A stretch of 64,000 nucleotides of DNA from NCBI GenBank assembly GCA_965223545.1, contig OZ245006.1, positions 5,056,001-5,120,000 of the forward strand, given 5' to 3'. Below the pieces are notes generated by a model that saw only the letters and a program-made list of their open reading frames with translations, had not been told where the DNA came from and ran no database searches. The translations under genes and the position numbers were made by a program. Numbering within the stretch: position 1 is the stretch's first letter; each line of letters begins with the position of its first letter. This DNA comes from Planctomycetota bacterium. Lineage in GTDB: Bacteria; Planctomycetota; UBA1135; UBA2386. Shown here piece after piece: positions 30,053-41,458 of the stretch.

Positions 30053-31129
30053 TCATACCGCGGTGTGGGCAGCTACGCGGTCGCTGTTGTGGAGTGGGTC
30101 GTAGACCAAGCCATGACGCCACAGCCGATGCAGCAGTAGCGCGAGCTTGCGGGCAACCGCGACCGCCGCGCGTTTCCTCGCGCCGCGGCCGCCGCGGGCG
30201 ATCAGGCGTTGCCCGAAGCGCCGGAGGTCACAGTCCTTGCCGAACGGGCCGAGGATGTAGTGCGCACACTGCACCAGAAGCCGTCTCAGATAGCCGTCGC
30301 CAGCCTTGCTGATCGACAGCTCCGGATTGCTGTCGCCCGACGCGAAGCTCTTTGGGCACAAGCCGAGCCAGGAGCCCACGCGGCGGCTTTCGGCGAATCG
30401 TGTCGGATCCTCGATCGTCAGCACGAACGCGGTCGCTGTGACCGGCCCCACGCCGTTGACTTGCTGCACGACGGCGACCTCGGGGTATCGCTCGCGGCTC
30501 GCCTCGACGAGCGCCTTGTCGAGCTCGTCGATCCGGCGGGACAGGTCGGCGATCAAGTCCAGCAGCGGCTCCGCCGCAGTGAGTAGCAGGACCGGCATGG
30601 ACTCGCGAGCTCGCTTCGGGAACGCCGCGGTCGATGCCGACGGCAGCCGGACGCCGAAGCCCTTCGCCAGGCTCCGGACCTGCTGCACTGCCATCGTCCG
30701 CATCCTCACCAGCAGGTCGCGCGCACGAATGACCGACAGGTCGGCCTGTGCCTGCTCGCTGCGGTGGTGGATCGTGCCGAGCAACTCGGGCATCCCTGCC
30801 TCCAGGCGAGCCAGGGTCTCGGCATCGCGCCGGTCGGTCTTGCGAGGATCCTTGGCGATCAGCTGCACTCGGCGCGGGTCCACGACGTGAACGTCGTAGC
30901 CCTCCGAGCGCAACCGCCGAGACATCCAGGCCGACTGCGAGCCGGCCTCGAGAGCGACTCTGGCGCCCGGGAAGTCGCTCAGCGCCTTCGAGAGCGCTGT
31001 CGGCGTCGTCGGGAAACTGCCCCGCGCAACGACCGTCCGCGACGCGTCCAGTGCGCAGTAGTGGATGTTCCGATCGCCAATGTCGAGACCGATGGTCACG
31101 GGGGAGGTCTGAGCGGTAACTTTGGTCAT
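30053..31129 (-). CDS. IS110 family DEDD recombinase/transposase
   Basis: IGLDIG, ALEAG, KTDRRDA, GVGP and LGLCP..ASG motifs; AAAGGAG RBS upstream of ATG 31129. Confidence 0.93.
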   Translation of the reverse strand: MTKVTAQTSPVTIGLDIGDRNIHYCALDASRTVVARGSFPTTPTALSKALSDFPGARVALEAGSQSAWMSRRLRSEGYDVHVVDPRRVQLIAKDPRKTDRRDAETLARLEAGMPELLGTIHHRSEQAQADLSVIRARDLLVRMRTMAVQQVRSLAKGFGVRLPSASTAAFPKRARESMPVLLLTAAEPLLDLIADLSRRIDELDKALVEASRERYPEVAVVQQVNGVGPVTATAFVLTIEDPTRFAESRRVGSWLGLCPKSFASGDSNPELSISKAGDGYLRRLLVQCAHYILGPFGKDCDLRRFGQRLIARGGRGARKRAAVAVARKLALLLHRLWRHGLVYDPLHNSDRVAAHTAV

Positions 31130-31267
31130 GGGTCGATCTGCTCCTTTGATTTTGCAGCGCCATTGTGTGGCGACTGCGTCGGAGGGATCGACCCTCTCAT
31201 CCCATCTCGAAGACAACACTGGCCTCTGGGGTTTGGTTGCGGCCGTGGCCGCGCTGAGCCCTCCGCC

Positions 31268-32782
31268 TCAGCAGCCAATCGTGAAGTCCAGCGCGTTGCA
31301 GAGCCCGAGCAACGACATTTCGTTGCCGACGACGGCCTGCACGGTGCCGCCCAACCCGAACAGGCCGGTGCTGGCTGGCACGGGGACTCCGATCTGCACC
31401 GGATTGCCGCCGGCCGGAGCCGAAATCGAGAACAACAGCGGGGTGAACGGGTCGATCAGCACTTCGCCGAACGAGACGACCGGGCCGTTGCCGGCGCCAG
31501 TCGTCGCCACCACTGCGGCGAACTGGGCGCGACCAAGACCGGTCGTGTCGATCTGCAGCGGCCAGTCCTGGCCGATCGAGGGCGTCGCGGTGCTGCTGAG
31601 GCAGGTCATGTTCACGCCACTGCCATTGCGCGGCGTCGCCGTGGCCAGCACGAAGCCCGGGGCGCGGGCCAGCTTGATCTCCACTTGCGCGCCGCTCGCG
31701 GTGACGTTGACGCGCACGTCCTGCGTGATGTAGCAGGGGTGGGAGACGCGCAGCGTGTGCGTGCCGGTCGGCAAGAACGCGTGGTAGCGGCCGAAGCGGG
31801 GCTCACTGCGGTTCTGCTCGCCCAGGGTGAACGGGTTCTCGACGTAGCGGATGTCGGCCTGGATCGGCGCGCCCGACGTTGCGTCGGTGACGTGTCCCGA
31901 GACCGGGATCGGCCGCTGAATGAACCAGACCGTGCCCGGCCAGAGCCGCGTCGCCTCGCTCTGCGCGCTGCTGATCGACGGCGACTGCGTCGTGCTGATC
32001 TCGGTCAAGAACGCGTAGTTGCTGTAGTTGCCGAGCTGCCATTGGTAGTGCTCGCCGTTGGAACTGGGCCCGCGGTTGCGGCCGCCGTAGCTGGAGGCGT
32101 TGGACAGCGCGATCGCCTCGGCTTGCAGGTAGGAACCGAGGACGTGTTGGCCGCAGCTGGGCACGTAGCCCCACAAGGTCTCGCGCCCGGAGCTGTGGAA
32201 GTCGAGGACCTTGGTGAAGCGTTGATCCTCCGACCAGGCGACCATGGCTTGCGTCTCCGGCTCGGAGGCGGGTGCCCTACCCTTGATCCCGGTGTTGCAC
32301 CGCGACGACCACAAGAACGGATAGTTGCGGTTGAGATCGATGCCGTTGCCGTTGGTCCGCGAGCGCCAGTAGCCGTCCGGGTTCCACACCGGTGCGACCC
32401 AGATCTCGTTGTCATCGACCAGTCGGGTGATCTCGGGGTCCACGCCGTAGCCGTTGGTGAGCCGGCTGATCGTGTCGAGCGCCACGATTGGAGTGCCGTA
32501 CTCGTTGCCGTGGTGGGCCGAGACGATCATGACCGAGGGCTCGTCCTCCTCCTGTCCGACGTTGTCCGAGATCTTGACCGCGTACAGGCGGTTGCCGCGA
32601 ACGGTCAGCGGCGTGCCGTAGGTCGCGTTCAGATCGAACAGCTGGCAGATCGCGGGGAAGTTGTTGGCCGCGGCGGTCATCTGCTGAACGATCCCGTTGT
32701 AGTCGGGAAAGCCCGACGGCTGCGCGAGAGCCGCGGTGGACAGAGTGGCGGTGACGATGGTGGAGACGCAGAGTTGCTTCAC
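31268..32782 (-). CDS. Secreted M14 zinc carboxypeptidase with C-terminal domain
   Basis: Signal ALA-Q; HHGNE, NPDG, DLNRNY, SEPET and DFHS motifs. Confidence 0.9.
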   Translation of the reverse strand: MKQLCVSTIVTATLSTAALAQPSGFPDYNGIVQQMTAAANNFPAICQLFDLNATYGTPLTVRGNRLYAVKISDNVGQEEDEPSVMIVSAHHGNEYGTPIVALDTISRLTNGYGVDPEITRLVDDNEIWVAPVWNPDGYWRSRTNGNGIDLNRNYPFLWSSRCNTGIKGRAPASEPETQAMVAWSEDQRFTKVLDFHSSGRETLWGYVPSCGQHVLGSYLQAEAIALSNASSYGGRNRGPSSNGEHYQWQLGNYSNYAFLTEISTTQSPSISSAQSEATRLWPGTVWFIQRPIPVSGHVTDATSGAPIQADIRYVENPFTLGEQNRSEPRFGRYHAFLPTGTHTLRVSHPCYITQDVRVNVTASGAQVEIKLARAPGFVLATATPRNGSGVNMTCLSSTATPSIGQDWPLQIDTTGLGRAQFAAVVATTGAGNGPVVSFGEVLIDPFTPLLFSISAPAGGNPVQIGVPVPASTGLFGLGGTVQAVVGNEMSLLGLCNALDFTIGC

Positions 32783-32916
32783 GACGGATTCCTCTGAGCG
32801 AGGCAAGAGGGTGGGGCGCGGGGAGCGTCCGCGCGAGCCCGAATGTAGCGCCCGCGGCTGGGTGGCGCCTCACGCGGGCGCTGCAGACCGAGTACCAACG
32901 CGGTACCAAGCAGGTA

Positions 32917-35883
32917 TCAGCGGGCTTGCAGATCGATGCGCAGCGGCGCGCACTCCGCGATGACAATGCGGTTGCCCGCCACTGCACCCCAGCTGGTGTC
33001 GGCGCGCAGGGTGTAGTTCCCGGGTGGAAGGAGCGCTCGAAAGGCGAATTGGCTGCCGGCCGTAGAGGTCGCCCGCAGGTCTTCGATCAGTTCTCCGCCG
33101 GGCGCGAAGATGCGCAGCCGCGCTCGCCGCGGCGGCGCCGCGGCGGGTCCGTCGCCGGTGCGCAGGACGATGTCGCATTGCGCTGCCGGCCTGAGAGTGA
33201 CAGAGCGTCGGGTTTCGCGGTGCGGCTCGATGATCAGCGTGTGCGGGCCCGTGGTGTGTCCGTCCGCGCGTGCTCTCAATCGGTACTCACCGGCAGCGAG
33301 CCGGAGGTCGATCGCCGGAGCACCGAGCTGCGCGCGGTGGGCGGTGCGGCCGTCGAGGTCGCGCACGCACAGCTCCACTCCGCGCAATGGCGCCGATCCC
33401 GATGGAGCCAGCACTCGGATACAGGCCACGCCGAACTGAAGGGGCGACAGCTCGCCGAAATCGTGGGTGTCGCCGGGGCCGAGCTCGATGGTGCCGAGGT
33501 GTCGTTCGCCGCCGATGCCGCACAGCCATGCGCGGTACGCGCCGGCGGGTACTCGTTCGATCTCGAGGGGTGCTTCGACCGAGAGCGGCCACGCCCGAGG
33601 CCACGGGTAGCCGATCGGCTCGAGTCGCAGACTGAGTCCTTGGCTCCCCGCCCGGCTCTCGACGAGGGCTGCGCGCACACGGCCGGTCGGCCGGGCCTCG
33701 GTCGCGGTCAGCTGGAGCGGGGTCGAGGGGGCTTGCAGCGCAAGCCAAACCACCGGCAAGTTGCCGCCGCGGGGTCCGCGCCCGGGACTGAAAGCGGCGA
33801 GGACGAAGTCCGAGCCGCGCGGCAGCGGGAGCTCGAACTCGCCGTTGGCGTCGGTCGTCGTCATTGCCGTGCACCGGCGCAGGCCGCCGTCGATGCGGAT
33901 CGCCTGCACCACGCTGCCCGCGAGGCGCTCTCCGCCGACGGCGTCGACAGTGCCACGCACGGATGCGATGTCGATCGCGACGTCCCAGTGGTTGTCACCG
34001 CGATGCAGTTCGCGGCGCTCGGTACCCCAAACGCTGTCTCCAGCCGCGTCGCCGACGACCAGAAGCGCGTCACCGGCTGGCACTGCGGCCACCGAATAGC
34101 GCCCATCGGAGTCCGTGGTGGCCGTGCGCCACAAGAGGTTGGCGTCGCTGTTCTCGAGAGCGCCGCCGGCCGGTCGTACCGCGACCGAGAGGTCGGCGAT
34201 GCCACGGCCGGTCGGGTCGGTGACGCGGCCGGCCAGCGCGCCGTTGCGATGTAGCTGGACTCTCGTCGAGGTTCGAGTGCCGTCCACGCGGAGCGCTTGC
34301 CAGCCGAGCGCGTCGCCGGCACCGACCGCGACGAGGACGTAGTCGCCGGCGGCGATCCCATCGAACCGAGCCCGCCCCTGCGCGTCGCTACGGCTCAGCG
34401 CGGGGGCGTCGACCAGGCGGGCGTCACCGCTCGGGTAGAGGCCGAGCGTGGCGTTCTCCAGCGGTGCGCCGCCGGCGTCGACGACGTCGGCAAGCACGCG
34501 GCACGGCCGCTCACGCAGTTGTAGGTCGAGGTCGTGGTGGGCGGCGGAAGTCAGGGCGACCGACGCCATCGGCGAGGCCGCGGCGCCGCCGGCTCGGGCC
34601 CACAGCAGCGTGTCGGCGCGGTGCACGAACGTGGCGGCGTAGCGGCCCCGAGCATCGCTGCGGGCGATCAACGCCGCGGGCATGGCGGCGGCGGGGCCGG
34701 TCGCGCTCCACACCTCGGCGCCCGCCCGCGGCCGACCCTCCGCGTCGACCACCCGCCCGGTGACGGTCGCGGCGAAGCCGATCTCGATGCGGTGGTGTCC
34801 ACTCCGTTCGACGGTGAAGCGAGTGAACCCGGTGTCGCCGTAGCGCAGCCGCACCAGACCGGTTGGTACGCCGTCGAACACAACTCGCCCCTCGGCGTCG
34901 GTCGTGGCGTGCCGGAGGCTCTCGAGCGTCGCCGCGGGGGACTTGTCGTGGCGTCCGTCCCACTCCTCGAGGGCGACCGTGGCTCCGGCGATGGGGCGTC
35001 CGTCGGTGGCGCGCACCAGCGAGAACTCGAGTGCATGGCCGCGTCCTGGTCCGCTTTCGTCCCTGCCGACACCGGGGTGCGCGGGTTGTCGCGCCGTCGC
35101 TGCGGCCACGGCGGTGGAAGTGGACCCGGGCGATTCCGGTTTCGGCGTGCGCCCGGTGGCCGGTCGTCGGTCATCGGCCGAGTACCAAACGGAGACTCCG
35201 AGCACCGCCAGCAGCGCCAGGGCCATCCATCGCGCGCTGTTGGTTGGCACCCGAGGGGCGGGTGCCGCGGTGCTCGGCGCGCCGGCCTCGGCTGGACCGC
35301 GCGACTGCGCGGTCAGGTGCGGCAACGCCAGCAAGACCAGGACTCCCGGTGGTGCGTGGCGGCCCAATCGATCGCGCAGCCGCGCAGTGCCGCGTTGGAT
35401 CTGCGTGCGGACCGTACTCGCCGGCCGGTCGAGCCGCGCCGCGATGTCGTCGGCCGACAGTGCCTGCAGGTAGTGGAGACGCAGGACCTCGGCGTACTTC
35501 CGAGGCTGTGCCTCGATCGATGCGGACAAGTCGGCCAGCAGCTCGCGGGTCGCGGCTTCGTCACGATCGGCGCGGACCTCGTTGCAGTTCAGGCGCGTGG
35601 GGTCGAGCTTGCGGCGGGCTCTGCGTCGGCGGGCGTCGAGAACCTTGTGGCGCAGGATGCCCTGCAGCCAGTGAGCGAAGGCCTTCGTTGTGTCGAACTC
35701 GTCGGCGTGCAAGAAGGCGGCGATGAACGTCTCTTGCACGACGTCTTCGACGTCCGCCCCCGGGACCCGGAGTTTCAACGCCGCACTGTGGACTCGGTGG
35801 GCGGTGCGGTGGAACAGATGGGCGAACGCGTGCGGGTCACCGGCGCGAAACCTGGCAAACAGGTGCTCGTCGGTGGGGCGCAT
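32917..35883 (-). CDS. ECF sigma-70 factor fused via a TM helix to carboxypeptidase-regulatory-like repeats
   Basis: EDVVQETF and WLQGI (sigma2); IAARLDRPASTVRTQIQRG (sigma4); TM segment; repeated GRVVD..G.P motifs. Confidence 0.85.
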   Translation of the reverse strand: MRPTDEHLFARFRAGDPHAFAHLFHRTAHRVHSAALKLRVPGADVEDVVQETFIAAFLHADEFDTTKAFAHWLQGILRHKVLDARRRRARRKLDPTRLNCNEVRADRDEAATRELLADLSASIEAQPRKYAEVLRLHYLQALSADDIAARLDRPASTVRTQIQRGTARLRDRLGRHAPPGVLVLLALPHLTAQSRGPAEAGAPSTAAPAPRVPTNSARWMALALLAVLGVSVWYSADDRRPATGRTPKPESPGSTSTAVAAATARQPAHPGVGRDESGPGRGHALEFSLVRATDGRPIAGATVALEEWDGRHDKSPAATLESLRHATTDAEGRVVFDGVPTGLVRLRYGDTGFTRFTVERSGHHRIEIGFAATVTGRVVDAEGRPRAGAEVWSATGPAAAMPAALIARSDARGRYAATFVHRADTLLWARAGGAAASPMASVALTSAAHHDLDLQLRERPCRVLADVVDAGGAPLENATLGLYPSGDARLVDAPALSRSDAQGRARFDGIAAGDYVLVAVGAGDALGWQALRVDGTRTSTRVQLHRNGALAGRVTDPTGRGIADLSVAVRPAGGALENSDANLLWRTATTDSDGRYSVAAVPAGDALLVVGDAAGDSVWGTERRELHRGDNHWDVAIDIASVRGTVDAVGGERLAGSVVQAIRIDGGLRRCTAMTTTDANGEFELPLPRGSDFVLAAFSPGRGPRGGNLPVVWLALQAPSTPLQLTATEARPTGRVRAALVESRAGSQGLSLRLEPIGYPWPRAWPLSVEAPLEIERVPAGAYRAWLCGIGGERHLGTIELGPGDTHDFGELSPLQFGVACIRVLAPSGSAPLRGVELCVRDLDGRTAHRAQLGAPAIDLRLAAGEYRLRARADGHTTGPHTLIIEPHRETRRSVTLRPAAQCDIVLRTGDGPAAAPPRRARLRIFAPGGELIEDLRATSTAGSQFAFRALLPPGNYTLRADTSWGAVAGNRIVIAECAPLRIDLQAR

Positions 35884-35904
35884 GCGGTTCGGTCAGCGCG
35901 CAGA

Positions 35905-37533
<1,629 letters not shown>

Positions 37534-37663
37534 TGCTCGAGAGGGGTTGAACAGTGTGCGGCGAAACCGCGGTCGGCGGATCAATGGTAACCGCGTCCAC
37601 CGTCGTGCAAAGCACCGTGCCCCGGCGGAATCGACACGCCGGCGCCGCCGCGCCGGCATGCGC

Positions 37664-39298
37664 TCACGCGGGATCTTCGGCGGGTAGGTCCCCGGCGCGC
37701 TGCATGCGCTGCCGGCGCCGGTCATCGGCTCCCTGCTCTGCGTCCATCCGGCCGAGGAACGCGCTGCCGATCTGCGCGCGGATCAGGCTGGCGAACAGGG
37801 GTGAGACGCGTTCGACGGCGCGGAACATCTCGATGGCGATGTGCCGGTAGGCGAAGTGACCCTCGGGGCCCGAGCGCAGCTCGATGAAGTACGCCACCTG
37901 ACGGGGGTCGAACAGCAGCCGCACTCGTTGGAGGAAGGCGAAGGGCGTCACGTAGCCGCTGGCGGCGCCGTGCGCGCGCGCAACCACGGTTGCGTCTGCC
38001 GCGGCTTGCTCCAGAGTTGCGCGGAACTCGTCGCCCAAACCGGCGTCGTCGATCAACGGCGGCACGACGAAGCCGTGCTCGGTGGTCAGGGGTTGCTGCT
38101 GTTGCAGGCCCTTGCGGTGCCGGCCGATGTCCCGATAGGCGCCGAAGTCGACCATCAGCTCGAACTCGAACGGCTGTGCCCCTTCGAACGCGAGTGGCAG
38201 CGGATCGCGTCGGCCGCGCCGGGCGAGGGCGCGGGCGAAGACCGCTTTGCGTTCGGCGTCGGTCATCGACCGGGCGTATTGCTGCAAGACGGCAAACGAT
38301 CGGTGGTCGCTCTCGTAGAGCAGCGATGCCAGCAGGCGCGTATCCAGCTCCGGATCGAACGTGAGCAGTGTCGCCGCCGGGACCCCGGCGCTGCTTGCTG
38401 ACGCCGCCACAGCGCACTCCGCGGCCAGGCCCGGCAAGACCTCGTACAGCGACGCGGTGAACTCGTCCGCTCTGGCGTGCGCCAGCAAGGTGCGCACCGC
38501 GTGGTCTCCCTGTTCTTTGAGCCGCTCGCCGACCAGGCGGAACTCGTGCAATGGGTGGCTCTTGAGCTCGCTGATCATGTCCGACAGCGTGCGCGCGTCG
38601 ACGACCATCCCCCATTTGGTGAGCAGCGCCGGCGTGAGCAGATAGCGCGCCGCGTCGAACGCCTCGGCCTTGATCGCGCGCCGATACGCTCCCGGCTTCT
38701 CGTCGGGGCGCAGCGGCCGCTTGCGCTCGAGGTGGCCGAGCAACATGTCGGTGGCGCGCTGATAGAGCGCGAAGGTGGTGTCGATGGTCCGTTCGTATGC
38801 GGCGGCCGCCGGTCCACCGGCTGCCATCACGTCCGGGTCGCGCCAGTGGCTCTCGTTGCTGAACGAGATGTAGCGCGTCGACGACTCCTCGAAGCTACAA
38901 CGCCGCTCGCGCTGGATGAAGCGGGTGACCAGCTGCGAGACGTTCTCGACCGCGATGTGCAGCACCGACCCTTCGCGCAGCGAGTTGTGGCCGTGATCGA
39001 TGGCGTAGGTCTTGAGAAAGGTGCCGGACTTGTCGGCCAGCACGTCCGTCAGCACGTCGCGGGGCGCCTCGCCGACGTCGAGGTCCTCGAGCGTGCGTCC
39101 GGCCTCCTGCAGCCCCTTCTTCAGCCGGGTGAGGAAGTTGTCACGCATCGACAGCTGGCTGCGGGAGTAGACCCCGTTCAGCGTCGCCGCGACCTCCGGT
39201 GGCAGATTGCGCACCAGATAGACGTCGGCGTGTGCACTCTTGTCGACGACCGAGAAGTAACGGGACAGGAGCCGGCGTTCGTGGGGCGAGTAGCTCAT
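37664..39298 (-). CDS. thyX: FAD-dependent thymidylate synthase, tandem-domain type
   Basis: GHNSLRE, RERRCSFEESSTRY and FDAARYL in domain 1; DFGAYRDIGRHR and ELRS..GH.YR in domain 2. Confidence 0.82.
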   Translation of the reverse strand: MSYSPHERRLLSRYFSVVDKSAHADVYLVRNLPPEVAATLNGVYSRSQLSMRDNFLTRLKKGLQEAGRTLEDLDVGEAPRDVLTDVLADKSGTFLKTYAIDHGHNSLREGSVLHIAVENVSQLVTRFIQRERRCSFEESSTRYISFSNESHWRDPDVMAAGGPAAAAYERTIDTTFALYQRATDMLLGHLERKRPLRPDEKPGAYRRAIKAEAFDAARYLLTPALLTKWGMVVDARTLSDMISELKSHPLHEFRLVGERLKEQGDHAVRTLLAHARADEFTASLYEVLPGLAAECAVAASASSAGVPAATLLTFDPELDTRLLASLLYESDHRSFAVLQQYARSMTDAERKAVFARALARRGRRDPLPLAFEGAQPFEFELMVDFGAYRDIGRHRKGLQQQQPLTTEHGFVVPPLIDDAGLGDEFRATLEQAAADATVVARAHGAASGYVTPFAFLQRVRLLFDPRQVAYFIELRSGPEGHFAYRHIAIEMFRAVERVSPLFASLIRAQIGSAFLGRMDAEQGADDRRRQRMQRAGDLPAEDPA

Positions 39299-39362
39299 CG
39301 GGCGCCGCCCAAGAATGCCGTGCACGTCGGCTCGGGTCGAGATCCGAAGGCGGTTGGCTCGA

Positions 39363-41309
39363 TCACTGTTTCTTGCCCCCGGCGGCCTCTGAGGGTGTGG
39401 GGAGTAGCAGCACTCGCGCCAGACCGGCGATGCCCGGGTGGTTGGCACCGGGACTGCGCTCGGAAAACGCGATCTCGAGTCGCTTGATGCGGGTGAGCCG
39501 CTCGAGGTCGAAGTAGGTCGGCTGGCTGGGATGGGCGACCGCCTCGACTTCGACCGGCGCTCGGTTGTTGACGGTGATCCGGTATCGGCGCGGGAGGTCG
39601 AAGCGCGACGCCTGATCGGCGTGCGCCGCGGGTGGCTCGAGGACGAGAACGCGCGCCCGTATTGGCTTGCGCAGATCGATACGCAGCCGCGGCTCGGCGT
39701 CGTCCGCAGCGCTCAGCCAGCTGCTGCTGGTCATGCCGTCGAAGGCCTTGCCCGCGCTGTGCTCCTTCTTCCATTCGCTGCTGGCCTCGATCTCGGCGAC
39801 CTCCGCCTTCTGCAGAACATCGGCGGCGGCGTCGCCGGGCACGCGCAGCATCCAGGGTTCGAGGACGTGCTTGGCGGCGACCTCGATGGTCTGTCGCAGA
39901 GTGGCCGCGCCGTCGGCCTCGCCGTTCGCGGAGACCGATGCCACGATTTCGTATGTCTGGTTGCCGTTGCGCTCGGGCACGTGGCGTGCGGCGTAGGCCT
40001 CGCCTTGCCAGGGCTGGCTGGCGTTCCCCTCGAGCGCCGCCAGCGGCTCTCCGTTCGCGAAGTACTCGACTCGATGCACGTGCCACACGTCGCCGGCATC
40101 CGCCGTCGGTGTAGGTCCGATTCTCGAGAGCCACAGGTCGACCGGAGTCCCGTCGCCGCCGCCGACGGCGCGCACGCCGAGCTCGTTCTCCGGGGCTTCG
40201 GCCACGACCTCCGGCCGTTTCCGCCCGCGCTTGCTGCCGGTCACCGGGGCCGACGCCCGTTCGAGGAACAAGAGAGCGAAGCAAGTGTCCGTTTCGGCGT
40301 GGCGCGAGCGCCAGCTGCCGTTGTCGGCTTGGCCGTCAACCAGGAACTCGGCGCCGTCCCGATACCAATCGTGGTCGCCGAGCTTGTCGAGCTCGAGCAG
40401 CGAGCACACCCGTTCGAGGCCGTACAGGTAGTAGTGGAGGTTCAGGGCGGCGCCGCCGGGGTTGGTGCTGACGGAGTAGTTGTGCGTCAGCCAGGCGACG
40501 GCGAGTTGGGTCGACTGTTCGATCGCCCGGCGTTGGCTGCGGCTCAGTCTCGGCGCATGCGTGGAGATCAGCGTGAGCGCTGTGATCCCGGCGGTGGTCA
40601 TCGAGGCCGTCTCGGCGACGTCCGTCAGCTTGTAGTGGAAGCCAGCGATCTCCACACCGTCGACGGTGGTCGGTCGGTGTTGGTAGTCGAAGGTCGCTGA
40701 CAGCGACTCGAGCCAGTGTTTGCCCGGCACTGCGATGCCGATGGACGCGGCGGCGCGCATCGCGAGCAACGCGAACTGGGTGATCGACAGGTCGACGACG
40801 CGGTGCAGTGCACCGGCTCCGCCGTTGGGGTAGTCCCATGAGCCGCGCGTCTGCAGTGCGAGAATGGTGTCGAGCTGTTCTTCGATGAGCGCGCGATCTT
40901 CGCTGTGACCTGCCTGCGCCAAGGCCATCACTTGGGTCGCGATCGCGTAGATGCGCGTGGGGCGGCAGGTCCGCAAGTACGCCAGTCCGCGCTGGATCGT
41001 CGCGTGCTCGCCGTCGACGCCGGCTTTCAGCAGTGCATAGACGCACAAGCCCGTCTGTCCACCGCGGAACAGCTGCTGTTGGTATGCCCAAGACCCGTCG
41101 CGCTGCTGGCGTGAGAACAGGTACTCGATGCCGCGCTGGACGCTCGCGTCGATGCGCGCGCGCAGCGGCGCGACCTCTTCGGTGGGCGTCGGCTCTTCCT
41201 GTGCGAAGACTGGCTCGGCCGCCAACCATGGCGACAGGGCGGCGAGAAGCGTGGGGGCGAGCGCGTCGACGGGCGGGTGTCGCGGGGCGCGGCGGGCGGG
41301 ACCGGGCAT
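39363..41309 (-). CDS. Secreted prenyltransferase/squalene-oxidase repeat protein with C-terminal discoidin-like domain
   Basis: QQRDGSW, DLSITQFALL, SMTTAG, YYLYGLER, DWYRDGA and TCFALLFL motifs; ASSE..AFDG..W in the C-terminal part. Confidence 0.8.
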   Translation of the reverse strand: MPGPARRAPRHPPVDALAPTLLAALSPWLAAEPVFAQEEPTPTEEVAPLRARIDASVQRGIEYLFSRQQRDGSWAYQQQLFRGGQTGLCVYALLKAGVDGEHATIQRGLAYLRTCRPTRIYAIATQVMALAQAGHSEDRALIEEQLDTILALQTRGSWDYPNGGAGALHRVVDLSITQFALLAMRAAASIGIAVPGKHWLESLSATFDYQHRPTTVDGVEIAGFHYKLTDVAETASMTTAGITALTLISTHAPRLSRSQRRAIEQSTQLAVAWLTHNYSVSTNPGGAALNLHYYLYGLERVCSLLELDKLGDHDWYRDGAEFLVDGQADNGSWRSRHAETDTCFALLFLERASAPVTGSKRGRKRPEVVAEAPENELGVRAVGGGDGTPVDLWLSRIGPTPTADAGDVWHVHRVEYFANGEPLAALEGNASQPWQGEAYAARHVPERNGNQTYEIVASVSANGEADGAATLRQTIEVAAKHVLEPWMLRVPGDAAADVLQKAEVAEIEASSEWKKEHSAGKAFDGMTSSSWLSAADDAEPRLRIDLRKPIRARVLVLEPPAAHADQASRFDLPRRYRITVNNRAPVEVEAVAHPSQPTYFDLERLTRIKRLEIAFSERSPGANHPGIAGLARVLLLPTPSEAAGGKKQ

Positions 41310-41458
41310 GGGCCGGCCCAGGGTATCGGATCGGCCGCCCGCGGCGCGTGCCTTCCCAGGGTGCTGGGCGCGACGCGTACAAACCGAGAGCCGGCCCTCG
41401 TGGCCGGCTCGCGGTCGGGAGGGTCCGAACAAGACCCTCGACTTGATCTCCAGACCAG

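Larger units (their letters stand above)
29732..31207 (-). mobile_element. IS110-family (IS1111-type) element
   Basis: Sub-terminal IRs at 29735-29751 and 31184-31200 (16/17 match); CT core at both junctions; no TSD; long non-coding region downstream of the transposase. Confidence 0.88.
29251..31260. repeat. Tandem 195-bp intergenic repeat: two near-identical units plus a degenerate third unit interrupted by IS110
   Basis: Units start at 29251, 29446 and 29641; motif CCGGAGGCT at 29332, 29527 and 29723; unit tail GTTTGGTTGCGGCCGTGGCCGCGCTGAGCC resumes at 31231. Confidence 0.88.

Noticed and set aside
31130..31219. N-terminal extension of the IS110 ORF
   Set aside because: It crosses the element's IR and end; the RBS supports ATG 31129
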